This document shows positions 26,616 through 41,290 of a stretch of 64,000 bases of DNA, one piece after another (positions within the stretch are counted from its first letter, which is position 1; every line of letters starts with the position of its first letter). The translations under genes and the position numbers were made by a program. Under the pieces are notes generated by a model, which was not told the DNA's origin, did not search any database, and saw only the letters and a list, made by a program, of their open reading frames with translations. Source of the DNA: the human T2T-CHM13v2.0 reference genome, Homo sapiens; NCBI RefSeq assembly GCF_009914755.1, contig NC_060933.1. One strand, 5' to 3'.

Positions 26616-28238
26616 GTAAGAGGAACTTTTTAAAAAACTCTCTCCATTTCAATAGGCTATTACCACTGTACATTTGGATAGTTGAATCCTAAAATGGACT
26701 AAGTATCTCATGTTATAATGTGTTACTTCTTGAAAGGTTTAAATTCATGTCGAATGTATTCTTTATAAGATACCATTATAAAAATGTTATGTTTTTATAT
26801 TTTGTGTTATATATAAAAACGTATTATAATTTCTTATAAAAATTTCAGCCATCTTAAAGGGATTTTTCTTGTTCTAACTGCCCTAGTAACAATTGATAGA
26901 GGCCCTGTTTCATGACATTTGATGAGTTTCAATATGTTGTTCAGCATGTTGTGAGGTGACTCTCAGCCCCTTTCCCACTGAGATGTACTGTGGTGATGCT
27001 GTGAGGGTGTGACTGACACACCTTCATGTGCCCAAGCATGGGTTTGATCACAGGTCACATGCAGTTTTTGGCATAGTAGATGTATCATTGTTCTTTTCCT
27101 TCCTCCTAAAGGAAACAGAGGAATCCACCTGTATGAGAGTGCCATGTAGGGATAAACTTAAAGGACAGATGACACATTGGTCATGTCCGTGATAAGGAAA
27201 GGCATTGAAATATGCACCATGCCGGGGGGGACTTGAGCCAAATGCAGAAAATGATCATAATTATTTCATGAAAATTAGTACTCTGAAGAAATGCCTCCTT
27301 CCCAGTGGGATGAATTCTTATGTCACAGGAGCTGGGTTTGACTCTTATCTGTGAGATTAACCTGAAGAAATTTTAAAAACTTGTTAACAACTTTTAGAAG
27401 TTGGTGTTGGAAAGAACGTATCAAGGGCATAGGACAGGATTTAGGGTGTTGAAATTAAATGTTTGAGAAAAGTTCAAAGTTATATGTCTGGAGAACAGAA
27501 CAAGAAGAAGAAAAAACTCGGAGGAGTCTGAATTTTAGCTTGTGGATTTAAAGTAGAAAAATATGGAAATAGGCATTATAGTACCATTGGGGGAATATGA
27601 GCTAGTTTTAATTCATTTAATACATTAACTTAGAATTGTCATATATGTTATGTGGAACTATAATTTTCTAAGAATTTAAAGAGTAGTTGGACTACAACAA
27701 AATTCATCTAATACCTGTGTTAAACACTACTTAATCTGTCTTTGATAAATCAGAAGGTTCTTTGGTATCCTAAGGGTCAATAAAAAAGAAACAATAGTGG
27801 TTGTCTCAATTTCCAATAAATGTGTGTTCATTTTATAAGAAAAATAATTGTATATATGTAGGAAGTGCATTACAAACATATGACTGGAAGACATAATTGA
27901 TGGCTTCTCATATGTGTTAGTTTTTTGGTTTTAAATATGTGTTCATGTATAAAGTGAAGACTGTTTCTCCCAAGGTAGAAATTCTGATTGATTATCCGTT
28001 TCTCTGCTTGTTTTAAGATTGCCTGCCTTAGTGTATCATTCAAAAGGGCGTTTACATTATATTTTTTTAAAACCTAAGAGGTAAGATAAAGATTGTAAAA
28101 CAAAGCTTTCATATAAAATTTAATAATTTTGCAGTAGGCTTATAATTTTAATAATGGTCAAAACAGACACAATCCATCTATTCATCTTGAAATGATTTTT
28201 CTAATTAAGTAGAAATTAAAAGATTCAATATTTTTCAG

Positions 28239-28441
28239 GCTTGGAAGTCCTAAGCGATGACCCTGATCTAGTGAAGGTGGTTGAATCTTTAACTTGTGGA
28301 AAGATCTTTGCAGTGGAAATACTTGACAAAGCTGACATTCCACTTGTTGTTCTGTACGATACCTCAGGAGAAGATGATATCAATATCAATGCCACCTGCT
28401 TGAAGGCTATATGTGACAAGTCACTAGAGGTTCACCTGCAG
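28239..28441 (+). CDS. TDRD7: TDRD7 coding exon (probably exon 10, 203 nt)
   Basis: tttttcag|GC TTG...CTGCAG|gtacca. Encodes [12 protein letters not shown]...SLEVHLQ. Confidence 0.96.
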
Positions 28442-29437
28442 GTACCACTGTGATCACTGTTGTTGCTTGTTACACATTTTGTATGAGAGAAAAATCACCA
28501 GAATATTATACATTTTAGGCTAACAATTGATAGAGACAGATTACATTTACATTGAGGGGAAAAAAGGAGGGAGTGGGGCTAGAAGGGAAAAAAGTACCAA
28601 AATGTTCAGAGTAATTGTTTCTTAGGAACTGGATTTTTTATTTTCCATTTCCTGCAATGAGCATCTATTGATTTTATATGAGATTATTTTGTAAAGATAA
28701 TAAGGAAAAATAACACAAAAGAAGGGAAAATTGGGTCCATGAAGATGTTGATTATTAGCTTTAACTTTTTTTTAATGTGAAGAACATAAATGCCCCAAAA
28801 GAAGGAAGCCTTTAAATAAATTATAGAATATCTACCCAAGAGAATAGGATGAGATGTTAAAAATGGTCATTTTAAAGATTTCATAGAAACAATGGGAAAA
28901 CTTCTGTTTTAATAAGTAGAACCACTGTGAATGTCTTTATTATGGTTTGACTAAAAATGGGTAAAATTGAATATTTACTTTGATTATGGTTTTTTAAAAT
29001 TACTCAAATTCATATGACCTCTGGACACAGGTTAGAAAGTAGACTGATGATGGATTTGATTTTGTGAGAGTTTATTTTCACTTCTGTTAATGTTACAAAA
29101 CATGGTTTATGTAATTCTTTTTCTAAATAAATGGGGAGAAAATAAACCAACATTAAAGATAGTCTTGGCCTTTCAGACAATGGAGTATGGGAATGTATGC
29201 ACAATGTCTATTTTGTGCTTGGCATAAATGATATTAGACATTTCTTTTAAAAAGAAAAGAATCCAAATTAGTTTTGTACATTTAAGCTATAAATTGCATT
29301 TCATCTTACATATACTCTAACTTAAAGATTTTAAAATGCAAAGACTTGTTATGGGATGTTTAGGTAGATACCCTTTAGGTAGGTAAGAGCTGCATTCTGC
29401 TCTCAAGCATTCACGAGGTATCCTTTGTCTGTTATAG

Positions 29438-29572
29438 GTTGACGCCATGTACACAAATGTCAAAGTAACTAATATTTGCTCTGATGGGACACTCTACTGC
29501 CAGGTGCCTTGTAAGGGTCTGAACAAGCTCAGTGACCTTCTACGTAAGATAGAGGACTACTTCCATTGCAAG
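29438..29572 (+). CDS. TDRD7: TDRD7 coding exon (probably exon 11, 135 nt)
   Basis: gttatag|GTTGAC...TGCAAG|gtatag. Encodes [10 protein letters not shown]...IEDYFHCK. Confidence 0.95.
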
Positions 29573-30289
29573 GTATAGCAGAACCTCTTCTACCTCTAAA
29601 ATTAGCCCTAAAATTACAAGCAAGAGTAATTTACTAAATTGCATAAGTATGAACAATTTTTTTTGTATGAACGATTTTTTAGTAGTCTGAAATGGAATCT
29701 CTAGAATAGTAGGTAAAGAGCTCCAGACTTCAGAGCTTTAAAAGAAAAACACAACACTAGTTTCTGCAATGTAAAACGAAGATAGCAATAGTGTGTACCC
29801 TATAGGATTGTCCTGAGGACACTGTGCCTGGCATGTAGTCAGTGCACAGCAATCGGTAGATGTGTTATTTATAACATGCAGTTGATGATGCCACAGTGCA
29901 GCTGCCTGTGACTGTCTGCTAGAGCCAGCTGACTCTTCTGCCTTAGGCAAGGAGAAACCTTGGAATTTAGGAGGATAATAAAACTTTCCTCCTTAGTTCT
30001 GCCTTCATCTTCCTCCTTACCCATCACTCCTTGAGCTCTTTATGGACCCTGAGAACCTGCCACCTGATAAATTTGGTTCTGCAGTTCAAATTGTATTAAT
30101 AAGCTCCTTATCCTTTAATTCTACTATTTTTTTCTGAATCGAGCTCTGTAGAGGTTTTATTGTGCTTTAAGTTCCTAAAATGGTTTCCTTACCTCCATTA
30201 GGACATTATGGTCATATTTCAGAATATGCTGTGGTTTCCAAATCACTAAACCCTACTGCCACTTCTGCCCTTACCCCCTCGTCCCTGGA

Positions 30290-30500
30290 AGTGAACTCTT
30301 CCCTCTAACCCACAAAGCACATCAGGCACCTCAGGGCATTCATATTCAGGTTTATATTTTAGCTATTTGGGTACTTATTTGCCTTTCTAGACCGTATGCT
30401 TCTTGAGGGCATAGACTGTGCCTTACCAATTTTCTGCATCCCTTACAGTATCTAATCTAGTGTCTTATGTAGAATAGGTATGCCAAAATATGTGCCGAAT
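30290..30500 (+). mobile_element. L2 3' end
   Basis: tagaccgtatgcttcttgagggcatagactgtg...agaataggtatgccaaaatatgtg. Confidence 0.55.
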
Positions 30501-31328
30501 CAGCTTAAACCCGCATTCAAAGTACAGTCTGGAATTGAGACATTCCTATAGCTTTATCTTGTTCTGTGTTACAGAGGTTTAATTTTAAGTCTATCTTTGA
30601 AAAATCTGAAACCCCCAGCTTGGCTGACTCTAGTGACTCATTTGTATGGATGTTGTCCTTATAACCTTTGGTGGTGAAAAGGACTCGATATTTCCTACTG
30701 CACTCGTAACCTAAGTGAGACATTGCCTTTGGGGAGAGTAGAAACACACACCCTGAACAGAAAGAGACCATGGACAGGTACCCCCAACTTCAAACTACAG
30801 CAGAAGAGGAAGATGAGGAGACTTCATCTTTACAGCTGTGATTTGTTGGTATTTAACTGGCACTGACATACATATTTGTGTTGATAACATTTCTTTGTTT
30901 TGGAATTAAAATGTTATCTTTGCATCTAAATGTGAAGAGATGAAAATGAAAAGAATAGGCCCACAGACAGCTCTCGCAACCTCCTCACTGTTCTTCTTTT
31001 TGTCAGATTCAACACCTCTCTTCATGTGTAACTGATGGAGCCAGTGCCTAAGTGAATCATAATGATCTTATGCTAATGTTTTTAGACATGTTAACAATGC
31101 TGATTTATGAGCCATGTGCATGTAGGGAGAGTAAACTACTGATGTCAACAAATGTATGAGTAACAAGACAAAAGTTTTATAACCCTGTGTGTTTGCTGCA
31201 TCCATTGCTGGAAGTCTGACTACATGTCGGTTAAGTCTGCCAGTGCCACAGCGATCTGTTTTTCTAATGGTGTAGCAATATGCTCTTTGCTAAGAGTAAT
31301 AAGAGTATCATGCATTTCTGTTTTGCAG

Positions 31329-31415
31329 CACATGACCTCTGAGTGCTTTGTTTCATTACCCTTCTGTGGGAAAATCTGCCTCTTCCATTGCAAAGGAAAA
31401 TGGTTACGAGTAGAG
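31329..31415 (+). CDS. TDRD7: TDRD7 coding exon (probably exon 12, 87 nt)
   Basis: ttttgcag|CACATG...GTAGAG|gtaaaa. Encodes [29 protein letters not shown]. Confidence 0.95.
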
Positions 31416-31439
31416 GTAAAAATCAGTCACTTGGCTTTT

Positions 31440-32320
31440 TAATCTTAACTTATTGTGAAATATTTCAAATATACACATAGGTTTTTTTAAAAAATTGAAT
31501 AAATACTCACAGACTCATCATCAGTTTATGAAATAAAACATGACCAGTATGGTTGAAATTTCCTGGTTGAAGTTATGGTCGAAGAAAGTTTACATCTCCT
31601 TTCTTCTGCCTCCACCCCAGTTTCATTTGTGTTTTTCTCATTCTTACTTGTTTATATTCTTACTGTATTTGTACTTGTAGATACACACTTTTACTATATA
31701 TTTTTAATATTTAAATAGTGGAAATATATTAATGAATATGTGTATATAATATAAAGGCAAATGAATAAGTGTAACTAAATGAATAAATATTTTCAAACTT
31801 TATGTAAGTTGTAAGAGGTATTGGTCATGCTTTTTCATTCATTATGTTTGTGAGATTCATTCATGTTGATGTGTGCAGCTGTAGTTCATCTATTTTTACT
31901 GCTGTATGATTGAACACTATTAATATGCCAACGTTATCACTCCATCTTCCTGATGATGGATATTTAGATTGTTCCTAATTTTTTGAACCTTCCTGTCTGT
32001 GTCTTCCAGGGTACATACATAGGAATGGAGTTTCTAGGTATTGGGAATGCATATCTTCAATTTTACTAGATCTTGCTTAATTGCTCTCCAAAGTTGCCTT
32101 CCATTGAGAGTATATCCCTTTAAGAACTGTGGCTTCATGGGGCAGTGTCAGATCCTCCCTGCCTCCTGCCTGGATCTAAGGCCATGTCTCCTGCCCAAGA
32201 CAATTTTGGCTTTAAAGTTCACATACTCTTCTATTTCTAGTCACTAACAATTGTCTTATTTTCTTGCAAGCTCAGTTACGAACTTGAAGGGAGTTTTGTT
32301 GTGGTTTATCTTGCGTTTCT
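31440..32320 (-). mobile_element. Old L1 (L1ME-like) fragments
   Basis: gtgagattcattcatgttgatgtgtgcagctgtagttcatc...gatggatatttagattgttcc. Confidence 0.65.
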
Positions 32321-32321
32321 A

Positions 32322-32603
<282 letters not shown>

Positions 32604-33922
32604 CTAGATGCAAGGACCTCAACTTTCAGGGGGGTCCCTCAACCCTCCTGGAATTGTATGCAAATTGTGTGTGTGCTTGTATTATATATTTTGGGGGAAA
32701 AGTATGCATAATTTTGTAAGATTCTCAAATCAACCCCCAAAAGGTAAGAATCGTTGCTTTACTGAATTTTTTAAATGCTGCACAGCAACATTTTGATAAC
32801 TTAATTGAATTGATTTTTTTCATTATTTAAATAAAACTTGGTCATGTCTACTTGAATGAGAGTAGCAGTTTTGAAGTAATTATTGCTATTAATGTGACTG
32901 TATGTCAGAAGGCTGAAATCTCGGGTCATATGACCAAGGGGTATGTGCCTAGGTATAAACTTCAAAAACATGACTCGTTGAAAAGGTCATGGCATTCTTC
33001 AGATCTTAAAGTTCTGTGTGATTTAATTTAAAATATATAAGTGTATGCATACTAACTTTTTCAACTTTTTATTTTGAAATAATTTTCCTTTTTTACAAGT
33101 TGCAAAAATAGCACAAAGAGGTCTCATTGGCCTTTTACCTTCTCAAATGTTAACATCTATATAACCATTGCATAATTATCAAAGCCAGGAAATTGACATT
33201 AATACAAAACCATTAGTTAATCCACAGAACATACATTTCCCAAATTGTCCCACAAAGTACTTTTTCTGCTCCAGCATACAATCTGGATCCCACATTGTCT
33301 TTAGTTGTCATGTCTTCTTAGTATACTCCACCCTGGCAGTTACTCAGCCTTTCTTTGCTATTCCTGACTTTTTGAAGAATAGCATTATGTTGTAAAGTAT
33401 CTCACAATTTGAGTATCTTCATGTTTAAATTTAGGTTATGCATTTTTGGCAGAAAGAAGCCTTCTTAGTGTATGTCCAAATATTTTAGATAAATATCTAG
33501 TATTATTTTTGTTATTATCAAATTGTATATTGTCTACCTTCAAGGTAGACAAAAGGTTTGAGTACTCATTCTCTTAGTGATGTATGGAAAGTCAGAGAAG
33601 GAAAAATAATTAGTGAAAAGCAGATCCTATGTTTAATCATGTATTTATTCTTGATAGTTATACAAATAATTGCAAAGGTAATTATTGTTTTGACCCCAAA
33701 ACAATAGTTTTTCCCTTATATTTTAATATTTTGGAGAACAGACTGTATCTTATAATCAGCAATATATAATAATGTATCAAATCATTTTATAATAAATCAC
33801 GTCCTAGAATTGGAGAAATAATAAATATTACTATACTTATTTTACTGTTTATTGTCAGTTTGCTGATTATTACTGATTAACTAGATGTTGAAAGCAATTC
33901 TACTCTAAAACAATGTTTAGTA

Positions 33923-34298
<376 letters not shown>

Positions 34299-34384
34299 TC
34301 AGGATTGTACAAAATGTAATTGCACAGAAGCATTTTGGTCTTTTGAATATGCTAATAAATGAGCCAACACTTATCTCATTTCAG

Positions 34385-34519
34385 ATCACAAATGTTCACA
34401 GCAGCCGGGCTCTTGATGTTCAGTTCCTGGACTCTGGCACTGTGACATCTGTAAAAGTGTCAGAGCTCAGGGAAATTCCACCTCGGTTTCTACAAGAAAT
34501 GATTGCAATACCACCTCAG
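34385..34519 (+). CDS. TDRD7: TDRD7 coding exon (probably exon 13, 135 nt); Tudor 2
   Basis: tttcag|ATCACA...CCTCAG|gtacta. Encodes ITNVHSSRALDVQFLDSG...AIPPQ. Confidence 0.95.
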
Positions 34520-36439
34520 GTACTATGTTACCAGCCTGGGAGATTTGCTGGAACAGATTTGGATGTGTTCATAATCTTATTGTAAGATGCCTTCTCAGTT
34601 TTGATCTCATTAATTTTTAAGAAAATTGGAAATTGTCCAAATGTGGTTGTCTGCTGGTTTTCAGAAGTAAAACATTGCTGACTTAGACAAGAAGACCAGT
34701 CATATTTACATACTGTTGTTTGAGAAATGTTTGTTTTCAAGAGCATCCAGTCATTAAGCTGTGTTGTCCAGTTACAGGTTCCATTTTGATAATTAGATGC
34801 CAGTACTGACTTATGTACAGTTCCAGAATATTGTGTATAAATGTTTATTTTTAGAGTTTTTAGTTTATTTAGGTAACCATTTTCTTTGGAAATCTGTTTA
34901 GACATAATCATTTTCTCGGTGACTTCCCCACCATACATTTTAATTAAAAGATGAACTTCGGCTGATCCTTTCTTTATTCATGAATGTTCAGATGATAAGG
35001 ATTTTGAATATTTTGAATTGTTTAGAACTACTCACTACCTTTAGGAGAAATAGAGGATTTTGTGCAGAAATTAATATCTTTTAAAAAATAAAACAATGCG
35101 GTATTCTACAACTTCAAGATGCCCAGTTACTAATATTTTCAAGAAGACATCTTCTGCCATCAAACTCAGTAAATAAAACATTGTCCATAATTAGCATGGC
35201 TTTTGACATGTCTCTCCCTCCCATCACCATTGCTTTTTCTAGCCGTGACTATTACAGAGAAGCTTTTTTCAAAATCATTTTTACTGTCCATTGTTCAGCC
35301 ATAATTCTGGAAATTGATGGGCCTTTAAGTGCTACTCTGACTTAATAATACCTCTTGTTGGAACAGCCATGCAGGGCCAGGCTTACCTAGAAAAGATCCC
35401 CTGGGCTGGAGGGCAGTTGGGAATCTGTCCCACCGCTGTGATTGTCTGAAAGTCCACAACAGTACCACCTGTATGCTACGGCATTAACAATCACTAAACT
35501 TTTTTTTTTCATAATCTTGTGTAGGTTTATTATTTGACAAATGGGAAGACTGTTGGTTGGGAGTACTTTAAAAGCCAGCCAGCCCAAGCCTCTGGCTCAC
35601 AACATCTCTCCAAGAGTCTAAATCAGAGTACCAAACTGATGGACTGTAAGCCAAAGCCAACCCTTAAATACTGAGTTTTGGCTCTTGGCTCTTACAGTAT
35701 TTTAAAAATGTGAACTGGTTGCCAGGATTTTAAAATTAGGAAATTTCACACAAAAATTCCTACTTCTAGCTTCTCTCTTGACAAATTGGAAAATCTGACT
35801 GCTGAGCACTCTTCTTGTGGGGAAGTGCTCCTTAGGAGTTTGGGGCCTTCTCCTCTGCTGGCCCCATCGGGTCTGCCCCACTCCCTCGTTGCCTGCCCAG
35901 CCCCTGCAGATATTCAAGTGTGCTGCCTGCTCTAAAGTGACCTCCTCTCCAACAAGAAAGGTACCACATCCAGCCAGCAGAGCAAGGAAAGGCTTAGAGC
36001 TCCTGAGGGAGGAAGGCAGGAAGACAGGAAGGGGCTCAGAGAGGAAAAGGAATCCTGGAACTGGGTTTCATCCCCTTCACAAAATTGTTTCCGTTGATTC
36101 GAGGGTTTGCTTGAAGCTGAAGGAAATCCCTGAGTTCACTTTTTAGCCTCTGTTGTAGCCATTCTACAGATGCTTGTATAGTGGTGGTAGGAGCTAAAAA
36201 GCACTGGGGAAAATGAAGCTTTTAGGGACCTGTGGATTTCAGTTTTTCTCACCCTCCTTAGTTCTCATTACAGCCTTGTTCAAAAGGCAAACAAATGTGC
36301 CTGGTACCCACGAGGTACTCAGGAAATGCTGAATGAAGCAACAGGAGTCAGATTTCCTCCAAATGACAATTGATTTTTTTTTTTTTTTAAGTTGAGCTAG
36401 AGGGTAGACCTTGATAAAAGTCCCAACCCTGTCTTTGCA

Positions 36440-36640
36440 ACTTTGGTATCTTATACAGTCTTTCTGAGTCCATTTCCCCATCTGTGAAATGGGGCTGCAA
36501 CACCTGTCATGCAGAAGTATTGTACGGTGGGAAGTATATGGAGTGCTGGGGGTAAGCCCTGGCTCATAAAGGAGTAAAGACAATAGTAGTTATATAAATA
36601 GAGTTAGGAACATAGCAGATGCTCAAACCAGGAACTGTGA
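36440..36640 (+). mobile_element. MIR
   Basis: ctgagtccatttccccatctgtgaaatgggg...gaacatagcagatgctcaa. Confidence 0.65.
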
Positions 36641-36773
36641 TTGTCGTTATTAGCTGTTGTTGCTTGCTGTCTATCTTGGTACCATTTGATTTGTAGGAAA
36701 ATAATATTAACATTACTCATAACTAGGTATTTTAACATGGTGTGTTCACTTTTCCATCATATTTTCTTTTCAG

Positions 36774-36884
36774 GCCATTAAGTGCTGTTTAGCAGATCTT
36801 CCACAATCTATTGGCATGTGGACACCAGATGCAGTGCTGTGGTTAAGAGATTCTGTTTTGAATTGCTCGGACTGTAGCATTAAG
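36774..36884 (+). CDS. TDRD7: TDRD7 coding exon (probably exon 14, 111 nt)
   Basis: ttttcag|GCCATT...ATTAAG|gttagc. Encodes [37 protein letters not shown]. Confidence 0.95.
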
Positions 36885-38794
36885 GTTAGCTATCTTGTTG
36901 GGCCTGATACATTTAGAAAGGGAGCTGGCAGCTGTCAGGGCTCATTTAGTTTTTGTGAAGGAATTTTATCTCACTGTAAAATGGATGCTTCCACATCCAA
37001 CACATTTTTTATATTCAGCAAATTGGCTACATGTGTAGCTGTAAGATATTTTATGGTTTAATTCTTATTTAAGAAGTTATCCTGTCTCTCCAGTATTATT
37101 TTTAAATCCTTCTTATAATTTTTCCCATTATTAATGTAGAAGAGATGGTTCTCCACTTCTGTTTTGCTTCATGATAAGGGATTAAGTCCCCAACAGAGGG
37201 ACCACAGATCTCTTGATAAATGTTTCTAAAGATCATTTAAATAAGTCCTCTATTTCTTTTTTATTCACAAAGTAGAATAGATTATAAACAAATCATTTAT
37301 TTATAATTGTGGTTCTCAGCCTCTTTTTCCTAAAGTTTATTTAATCTGCCATACTTATTTCACTAGCTCTTGTTTCTTTTTCTGTACTTTTGCATCTTTA
37401 AATCAAAAACATTGCTCATATATCCAAGAATACAAATTTAAGAAGATAGTTTTTCTCTGTTAACTGATGGAAATTGTATGACTGTTTTATATAAACATTT
37501 AAAATGAAATGTCCTTGAAAAATATCTTCATGAAGACCTCTAAATTATTCTAGCTAGCAGTGATTTTTCTGTCTTTGTATTCCTCTGGGGTTTATAGTGT
37601 ACAATTACATGCTTAATTATATACTATTCCATATTCTTCAGTTGTCACATGATAATACTGTTTTCTCAGCTACTCTTTAAGCTCCTAAAGCCAGAATATT
37701 GGATGGTTACTCAATAAAAGTACTTTTTGTTAATTTTTAAAACTGTACTTCTGTATTATAAATTTCAAAATGAATTTGCAGTCAGTATTTAATTAGTACT
37801 TCAGAGGATGAATGTAATAGAGGCATCTTGTTGGAAAAAAAAAGAAATTTTAAGTAAATCACTGTAGATGGGTTGCCTTGCTGTTATCTCCCTCTCCGCA
37901 GACCTGTGTTCCTGCCTTTCATTTCTAGCCCTATTTGGTAAAAGATAAATGTGGCTGGAAGTATCTTATTTTTATCATTCCTAAGATAAACCAGAGTTGC
38001 TGATGAGAATAGCCAACAGTCACCTAGCTCCTTGGGACACACAGCAGTACAGTCCCAATTATTAATGTATGATATTTCCATACAAACACCCCTCTGGCCG
38101 AAAGAGCAAAGATGGTTAGGTAGTCAGAGGTCTCCTGGACAAAAAGTGTAAAACTAATTTTGACCCGTTCTGTGGAGCTTGCTTCCTCTTTTTCTCCCCA
38201 GGTCCCTCTCCTCCCATGTAATTGGCGATGGGGAAAGGGGTGAGGACATATACTAGGACCAGACAAGGAATTTGAAAGAGGGGTGCTTACAGATATGGTG
38301 GTTGTCAGAGCTTTTTCCTTCCCTTCCCAGTCTTGAGGACACACCAGCCTTAAGCAGAACGCTCATAAATCATTTTGCCATCATTGTGATTGTTTTTTAT
38401 TATTGATGCTGGGTGATGAGTATATCAGGGTTCATCATACTTATCATTTCTACTTTAAGTGTTTCGAAATATCATTAATTTAAACTATTTTAATCATGAT
38501 ATATAGAATCCTTTCTGTCAATGATAATGACCTTAGCAAGTTATAAAGTTTTCTCAGACTTTTTAAAGATTAGTAAATTTTTTATTTCCATAAGGCTGCA
38601 CTGTTCCCTAGACTATTTTGACTTCAGAGCCCATTCATTGCCAAGCTGTGATAATTTATTTTTCCTTAAATAAAATGGATTTTAGCAAGGGTTTTGGCAA
38701 AATACTGTGTTTTAATGATTAAGGTTACTATAACTGCCTCTCAAAATTTAATGTGAACTTGTATTTCTTATATCATTTTTTGTGTTTTCCAAAG

Positions 38795-39297
38795 GTTACA
38801 AAAGTGGATGAAACCAGAGGGATCGCACATGTTTATTTATTTACCCCTAAGAACTTCCCTGACCCTCATCGCAGTATTAATCGCCAGATTACAAATGCAG
38901 ACTTGTGGAAGCATCAGAAGGATGTGTTTTTGAGTGCCATATCCAGTGGAGCTGACTCTCCCAACAGCAAAAATGGCAACATGCCCATGTCGGGCAACAC
39001 TGGAGAGAATTTCAGAAAGAACCTCACAGATGTCATCAAAAAGTCCATGGTGGACCATACGAGCGCTTTCTCCACAGAGGAACTGCCACCTCCTGTCCAC
39101 TTATCAAAGCCAGGGGAACACATGGATGTGTATGTGCCTGTGGCCTGTCACCCAGGCTACTTCGTCATCCAGCCTTGGCAGGAGATACATAAGTTGGAAG
39201 TTCTGATGGAAGAGATGATTCTATATTACAGCGTGTCTGAAGAGCGCCACATAGCAGTGGAGAAAGACCAAGTGTATGCTGCAAAAGTGGAAAATAA
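38795..39297 (+). CDS. TDRD7: TDRD7 coding exon (probably exon 15, 503 nt)
   Basis: ttccaaag|GTTACA...AATAA|gtaggt. Encodes VTKVDETRG...VYAAKVEN(K). Confidence 0.96.
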
Positions 39298-40415
39298 GTA
39301 GGTCCTTGGACAAAGCATTTTATTCTACTCCTAAGAAAAATGTGTAAAATGATGCCAGAGTCTTAATCTTGGCGGGGGGACTTCGAACTGTACTAATGGG
39401 AATTTTGAATGTGAAACAAACACAGTAATTTTTCCGATTTTCTAGTATTTAAAATGATGTCACTTATCAAAAAATCTATTGGCCATATTCCTGTTAAAAC
39501 CCAATTATATAACTAAAATGAATGTTTAAATATTTTTTCTATTTTTCTATTAGAAAAATATTTTTATTCAGAAAATAACCAGATTTTTTCATTTAATGAC
39601 TTTTTATTTTAAAAATAAAAATATTATGGAAAAATTTTAAAATATAAAAAAAGCATAAGAAATTAAAATCAACCACCCACACATAACACTTGTTAAACTA
39701 CTTATGTATTTCCTCTAATTTTATATGTGCATATTTATATAGTTGGTATATTATTAGTATGTATAATTTTGTACCTGCTTTTTTCACCTAACATTATGTC
39801 ATGAACATTTTTCCATGTGATAAAATTTCTTCAGGAACCTTTATAATGGCTATTTTAATCATGATATACAGAATTCCTTTTTCCCAATGAAATCATAATT
39901 TACTTACCATTCTATTTTGTTATGTAAGGTTTTCTCTCCTGTATTTTTCACTATTATAAATAATAGTGAATGTAAATCTTTGCATTTCTGATTATTTATT
40001 TACGGGATAGATTCCTAGAAGAAAAGTCACTTGTTGGAAGATGGCAAGACTCTTGCTTTATGTTGTCAGCTGCATCCTGGCATCTGTGCCATCTTTCATA
40101 AGGAGCAACAATGCTTATTTCACTACTCTTTGGCCTTGGGGCTGTGAGAACATACTTTCTCTTACATTTCTTTAGCGCTTCAGTGTTTTTTCTAATATTT
40201 TCACATTTGGGTCCACACCCTCCTCCCCAAAGCCCTGCAGGATGTGCTGGTTTCATCCAAGTGAAGCCCAGACACCCCACTGTCCACTTTCCACTCAGGC
40301 CATGAAGCCCTGGGAAATGGCACAATGCCCATCCTGTTCCTTTGCCAGCTTGCTTAGGAGAAATGAACAAGCTTATTTATCAATGCTGAACACAAAGAAC
40401 AGTCACCCCTCCCCA

Positions 40416-40439
40416 ACACACACACACACACACACACAC
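40416..40439. repeat. (CA)n microsatellite
   Basis: Directly visible. Confidence 0.95.
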
Positions 40440-41129
40440 CCCAAAACTCAGTTTAAAAGGTCAAACTGCTTATTTTTTATATGAAATGTTTTAATTCTTT
40501 AAGATAGCAAACATAGGCATGTATAAAGTTTTGTCATTTTCATGGGAGAAAAAAACTAATTTTTAACTCTCAGTGAAGCGTATAAAAGCTCTCATTTCGA
40601 AAAACATACAATTTGTATGTCATAAGCTTTTCTTCTCTAAAAAACCATTTCTACTGTTGTGTTATTTATAACCACAAGCATAAATAGGTTTAATTCAGCT
40701 TGTGTAGGTTTGCCTCAATCAGAGCTCTTTGTAAGATAATTCAATCACAGTTAAAAACCAAACTAATGTTCTGGGGGGCAGATTGATGATTAAAGGTGAG
40801 GAGATCCTCCTTGGAGTAAAGGGGTTGGGTAGGAAGGAGAACACATCAACTGGAGAGCTCCAATATGAGCCCTTGCACTCCCCACTCTGCCCTCCATGGC
40901 TTTGAACCATTCTGCCCCAGGACTCTTGGACTTTAGTTAATTTGTCCCAGATAATCAAGGGATGTTTTGTATATAAAAACAGATAATCTGATTTTTTTAA
41001 AACTTCATGAACTGAATCAGTATAAAATGTTTAGAACTTCTGTCTTCCTTAAGACTCAGGACTATTTACTAAACTTTGTTCCCAACTATGGTAAGTTAAG
41101 ACTTAGAAATTTTAGATACATATTTTTAT

Positions 41130-41290
41130 TACAGCGGTTTCCAAATCTATCGCAGCATAAGAACAACTTGGAAAACCTATTAAAAATGCAGATTCTTCTT
41201 CCTTACCCCAGGCATTCTGAATCAGAATCTTTGCAGGTGGAGCTCCAGAATCTGTTGTTAACAAATTCCAGGTGATGCCAGTACTGAATT
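41130..41290. mobile_element. MER5A-like DNA element
   Basis: aaaatgcagattcttcttccttaccccaggcattctgaatcagaatct...caaattccaggtgat. Confidence 0.65.

Noticed and set aside
26870-27300. Higher-complexity intronic stretch with TGATGA/CTGA-like words, considered as a snoRNA or retrocopy
   Set aside because: I could not establish a terminal stem, proper box spacing, poly(A) tail or TSD by eye; it would need Rfam/BLAST.
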